A program made the translations under genes and the position numbers. Below are positions 42,755 to 46,002 of a DNA stretch of 46,002 nucleotides, piece after piece. Below the pieces are notes generated by a model. It saw only the letters and a list, made by a program, of their open reading frames with translations, made no database searches and had not been told where the DNA came from. Source of the stretch: an uncultured Oligoflexia bacterium (GTDB lineage Bacteria; Bdellovibrionota; Bacteriovoracia; Bacteriovoracales; Bacteriovoracaceae); NCBI GenBank assembly GCA_937898585.1, contig CALDHR010000269.1, positions 1-46,002 on the forward strand, read 5' to 3'. Within the stretch, counting starts at the first letter, position 1. Each line of letters begins with the position of its first letter.

Positions 42755-44761
42755 ATGACAAACCTATCTCTCAAATCATCTCAATCCCTTTATCTAAAAC
42801 AACACCAAAATGATCCAGTTTCATGGATGCCTTACAGCAAAGAAGCTCTTGAGTTGGCCAAGAAGAAACAATTACCTGTTTTTCTCTCTATTGGATATTC
42901 CTCGTGCCATTGGTGTCACGTCATGAATAAAAATACTTTTAAAAATCATGACGTTTCAGATCTTCTCAATGAAAATTTTATTTCTATTAAAGTAGACAGG
43001 GAGGAATTTCCTGCTCTCGATAATTATTTTCAAACACTCTCCCAAGCAAATGGGCAGGCCAGTGGATGGCCACTTTCTGTTTTTTTAACAAGTGAGATGG
43101 AACCTTTCTTCATTGGGACTTATTTTCCGGCCACAAGTGAAAATGAGCAACGACCAGGGTTTATTCAACTCCTTGAAGATATTAATGAACATCTCCAAAA
43201 TGAAGAAAAAAAAGAATTTCTTATTAAGAGAAGCAACGAGATGCTGGCAAATCTAAATCGAGACTTTGTCATTCCCGAAGGAATTAAAAACCTTCAAGAA
43301 TACCCTTCTCCTAGCGCCATTATTAATGCTCTAGAAGAAAGCAAAGATGAAAAGAATTTTGGTTATGGAAAAGCGCCAAAATTCCCTCATTTTTCTTTTT
43401 ATGAATGGTCCCTAGAACAAATTTTAGAAAAAAAAGTAGATTCACGTTTTCACCAACATCTCATTGATAGCATTGAGTCACTTTGGCGATCAGGACTCTA
43501 CGATCAAGTACGCGGTGGAATTCATCGCTATTCAACAGATGTTTCATGGACGATTCCTCATTTTGAAAAAATGATTTATGATCAGGCCGGTCTTCTTCGC
43601 CTTATGACAAAATTCTCTTTTCTAAGCTCCTCACCTCTTTTGGAAAAAAAGACATTAGAGACTCTCGATTATCTCGAAAAAGAGATGTTCGAAGATCATT
43701 TTTTCTCAGCTCAAGATGCTGATTCTGAAGGTTTTGAAGGTCTCTATTTTACTTATGCCTATGATGAATTTTTAACTCTTATTAAAGATATTCCCCATAA
43801 AGAAGAATGGGCCAGTATCTTATCCATTAAAAAAGAAGGAAATTTTGAAGATGATCTCAATCAGCTTCATCTAAGCAAAGATTCATTTTATGCTATTCAA
43901 AAAGATACCAAGAAGCTTGAAGAATTTTTTAAGATTAAATCTCTTCTTCTCAAAGAAAGGCAAAAAAGAATTCCACCCGCAACAGATACAAAAGGTATTG
44001 CAGGCCTTAACTTTATGATGCTCTCTTCTCTTATTGAAGTTGCTCGCCGCCACCAGTCCCCTTTGGCAAGAGAGAAGGCACTTGAATTAGTAAAGAAGGG
44101 CAAAGAGTCTATCAAAGATACTTTTATTTCAGGAGAAGGAAAAATACGACACTGCACAACCCTTGAAGATAATTTTTCTTACTTTGAAGATGAAGTTTTT
44201 TACTTAGAATATCTTATCAATGAAGGTGAATTTTTTGGTCTAGAAGAAAATTTTACGTTGGCCAAAAGTCGTTTTAAATCTATCATTAAAAACTTTTGCA
44301 ATATTCAAGAAGAAGAATTCTACTCTATTCATCTCAATGAAGAGAATCCTACAAATCATCCCAATGGAAAAGTGAGCTCCTTTGATTTATCTTATGCTTC
44401 TCCCGTCAGCAATTTTTTTATTAGCGCCAAGAAATTAATAACCTTGTTAGAAGATAGCGAGATCGAGCTCATTTCTCGTTTAGAAAGTAAATGGCAAAAA
44501 ACATCTCTCCTTTTTCCTTTTGGTAGCGGCGAGGCCCTAAGGGCCTTTAGCACGAAGCTTAATGATTTACGTTGGTTAAAAGTCACTCCTCAGCTTCATC
44601 AACAACAAGAATTTCAAACATTTATAGGAGCTATCCCCTGGAGAATTTCTATTCTTGTTCAAAATGATCTTCCTTCACAGTTTATGTTATGTAGTGAAAG
44701 AAGCTGTGAGAAATCAGGAGAGAGTTTAAAAGAATTAATGGATATCTTTAGGCCGTCTTAA
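42755..44761 (+). CDS. Thioredoxin-domain protein of the YyaL/DUF255 (SPATA20-like) family
   Basis: NDPVSWMPYSKEALELAKKKQLPVFLSIGYSSCHWCHVMNKNTFKNHDVSDLLNENFISIKVDREEFPALD is the DUF255 signature, followed by a ~500-aa alpha/alpha-toroid-like region. 668 aa. Confidence 0.88.
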   Translation: MTNLSLKSSQSLYLKQHQNDPVSWMPYSKEALELAKKKQLPVFLSIGYSSCHWCHVMNKNTFKNHDVSDLLNENFISIKVDREEFPALDNYFQTLSQANGQASGWPLSVFLTSEMEPFFIGTYFPATSENEQRPGFIQLLEDINEHLQNEEKKEFLIKRSNEMLANLNRDFVIPEGIKNLQEYPSPSAIINALEESKDEKNFGYGKAPKFPHFSFYEWSLEQILEKKVDSRFHQHLIDSIESLWRSGLYDQVRGGIHRYSTDVSWTIPHFEKMIYDQAGLLRLMTKFSFLSSSPLLEKKTLETLDYLEKEMFEDHFFSAQDADSEGFEGLYFTYAYDEFLTLIKDIPHKEEWASILSIKKEGNFEDDLNQLHLSKDSFYAIQKDTKKLEEFFKIKSLLLKERQKRIPPATDTKGIAGLNFMMLSSLIEVARRHQSPLAREKALELVKKGKESIKDTFISGEGKIRHCTTLEDNFSYFEDEVFYLEYLINEGEFFGLEENFTLAKSRFKSIIKNFCNIQEEEFYSIHLNEENPTNHPNGKVSSFDLSYASPVSNFFISAKKLITLLEDSEIELISRLESKWQKTSLLFPFGSGEALRAFSTKLNDLRWLKVTPQLHQQQEFQTFIGAIPWRISILVQNDLPSQFMLCSERSCEKSGESLKELMDIFRPS

Positions 44762-45904
44762 TTTTTTATCCTCTAAAAAATTATTCAGCTGGTGAAAATC
44801 TAATGCTTCATAAAAATCTAAAAGAGGACCAACATCAACCTCTTTTAGATCTTTTATTTTTTGCTGCCATTCCATACTATTTTTTGCACTAAAACGAACA
44901 TCAACCTCCAGCTCTTTTTCTAAATGACGAATCTGTATATCAAAACCGTTTTTCTTTATTTTGTCTATTGTACTTTTATGAATTTTTTCAAAGTAATTTT
45001 CATAAGGATTGAGAGATTGCTCTAAGAAATAGATTATTTTCTTCCCATTATTTTTCGGCAAGTCTTTTTCGTCAATAACATCTCTATTGATTTTATTTTT
45101 AATATCTTCATGACTCCACTTTCCTTCATACTCTCTCATAAAAAGAGAGTAGAGTTTTTTAAAATTTCTTCTTTGAGTTATAGTAAAATAGCATTTTTTA
45201 TTTTTAAAATAAGAATTTAGCACATTATCTTCTTCATCTATCGATGAAGATTCTTCTTCTAAAACAAAGGCCAAATTTTCCCTCAAGAAATCGGCCAATC
45301 GGCGAGAAAAATCAAGAGAATTATCCTTATTCAGCTGACAAAACTCTTTAGAATTTGCTAAGTCTGAAACAATTTTGTAAGAAGAAAAATTAATACCCAT
45401 TGATTTCATTAATTGTGCTTGAGCAAAGAATTCACAATCAACGAGGTCTGCACAAACGGAGAGATGATTTTTTAATCTTTCTTCGTGAACCCGCCCCTCA
45501 TTAGAAATAAGATCTGCTTCAGGCAAATCTATTTTTTTATTTTCAGAAGAGTTCAGTGTCGTGAAAGAATGAAAATCAAATTTTTCTCCTATCGCGCGAT
45601 AAGATGTTCTTATTTTATAAAGAGAGTCTAATTTTATCGTATCCTTTAAAGATCCGGCCACTCCCATATTGATAAGATTTTTTATACTTCTACTCAGATC
45701 AAGGGAGAAAAACTTAGCAAGGGTGCATAGAGAGGTCAAAGATCCCTCTCCTGTTATAAGAAGAAAAGAATTTATCTCTTCGCTATAAAAAAGATCTATT
45801 GTTGCTTTATCTTGATTTAGGGGGACTCTTTTAAAGGAAAAATAATCAACAACGCAAAAGGCCTCGTTGTAGTGGGCAAAAGTAAACAGTTTTGTGCCCT
45901 TCAT
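44735..45904 (-). CDS. PNP_UDP_1-like nucleosidase domain (aa ~1-195) fused to an unrecognised ~190-aa C-terminal domain
   Basis: LFTFAHYNEAFCVV (Glu block), LLITGEGSLTS, INMGVAGSL, ADLVDCEFFAQAQL and YKIVSDLANS (ISD-type Asp block) parallel MTAN/futalosine-hydrolase-type nucleosidases. The C-terminal half is Lys/Glu/Asn-rich with no recognised motif. Confidence 0.5.
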   Translation of the reverse strand: MKGTKLFTFAHYNEAFCVVDYFSFKRVPLNQDKATIDLFYSEEINSFLLITGEGSLTSLCTLAKFFSLDLSRSIKNLINMGVAGSLKDTIKLDSLYKIRTSYRAIGEKFDFHSFTTLNSSENKKIDLPEADLISNEGRVHEERLKNHLSVCADLVDCEFFAQAQLMKSMGINFSSYKIVSDLANSKEFCQLNKDNSLDFSRRLADFLRENLAFVLEEESSSIDEEDNVLNSYFKNKKCYFTITQRRNFKKLYSLFMREYEGKWSHEDIKNKINRDVIDEKDLPKNNGKKIIYFLEQSLNPYENYFEKIHKSTIDKIKKNGFDIQIRHLEKELEVDVRFSAKNSMEWQQKIKDLKEVDVGPLLDFYEALDFHQLNNFLEDKKLRRPKDIH

Positions 45905-46002
45905 GGTATAACTCGCTTGTTAAAGATTAAATCATCACTTTTAAATAAAAAAAATTCAGGAAAGAGCAATAGACAAAATAAAGAAAAACGGTTTTGATAT
46001 AC

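Noticed and set aside
1-46002. Scan for tRNA, rRNA, CRISPR repeats, IS elements, integrases, long tandem repeats and phage genes
   Set aside because: Non-coding spacers are all under 130 nt and none has cloverleaf-like or repeat-spacer structure. No transposase- or integrase-like ORF was seen. I cannot exclude short dispersed repeats without a computational self-alignment.

Overview
Visibly AT-rich, very gene-dense bacterial chromosomal segment with about 45 protein-coding genes. I see no rRNA, tRNA, CRISPR array, transposase or integrase. Content in order: (i) a minus-strand iron/haem string: bfd, bfr, single-domain haemoglobin, kexin-like S8 lipoprotein (1-2063). (ii) A block of secreted or unknown proteins plus a GMC oxidoreductase, an FAH-family hydrolase, DUF2130 and a Cys/Lys-rich mini-lipoprotein (2195-10417). 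(iii) A TolC-like/RND/TetR efflux locus with no adaptor gene (10428-15578). (iv) DUF218, aspS, a DUF1295-DUF2177 fusion and a small wHTH regulator divergent from dabB-dabA, the DAB inorganic-carbon pump (15643-23645). (v) A DAACS symporter, an RRM RNA-binding protein, a DPD/DHOD-like flavoenzyme and an ABC-F ATPase (23654-28254). (vi) Small secreted proteins, PhnA and an MTAN-like nucleosidase (28314-31885). (vii) argS, a MurQ/GckR-like SIS protein, and a long minus-strand string: HAMP stub, cmk, GT9 heptosyltransferase, heptose kinase, pheS, pheT (31887-42665). (viii) A YyaL-type thioredoxin-domain protein and a nucleosidase-like protein with an unknown C-terminal domain (42755-45904). Three otherwise intact genes (dabA, argS, pheT) are broken by four single-base indels, at least three of them in short homopolymers. 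Two of these genes are essential, so assembly indel error is more likely than real decay. I did not find a clear-cut new multi-gene system. The best novelty candidates are the translationally coupled secreted pair at 6310-8624, the metallothionein-like mini-lipoprotein at 10223-10417, the start-codon-occluding hairpin in front of the globin gene, the adaptor-less RND locus and the DUF1295-DUF2177 fusion. AT-rich composition, many Lys-rich secreted proteins and S8 proteases suggest a Bdellovibrio-like/Bacteriovoracaceae-type organism, but that is inference only. All family calls come from reading motifs by eye, with no database search.
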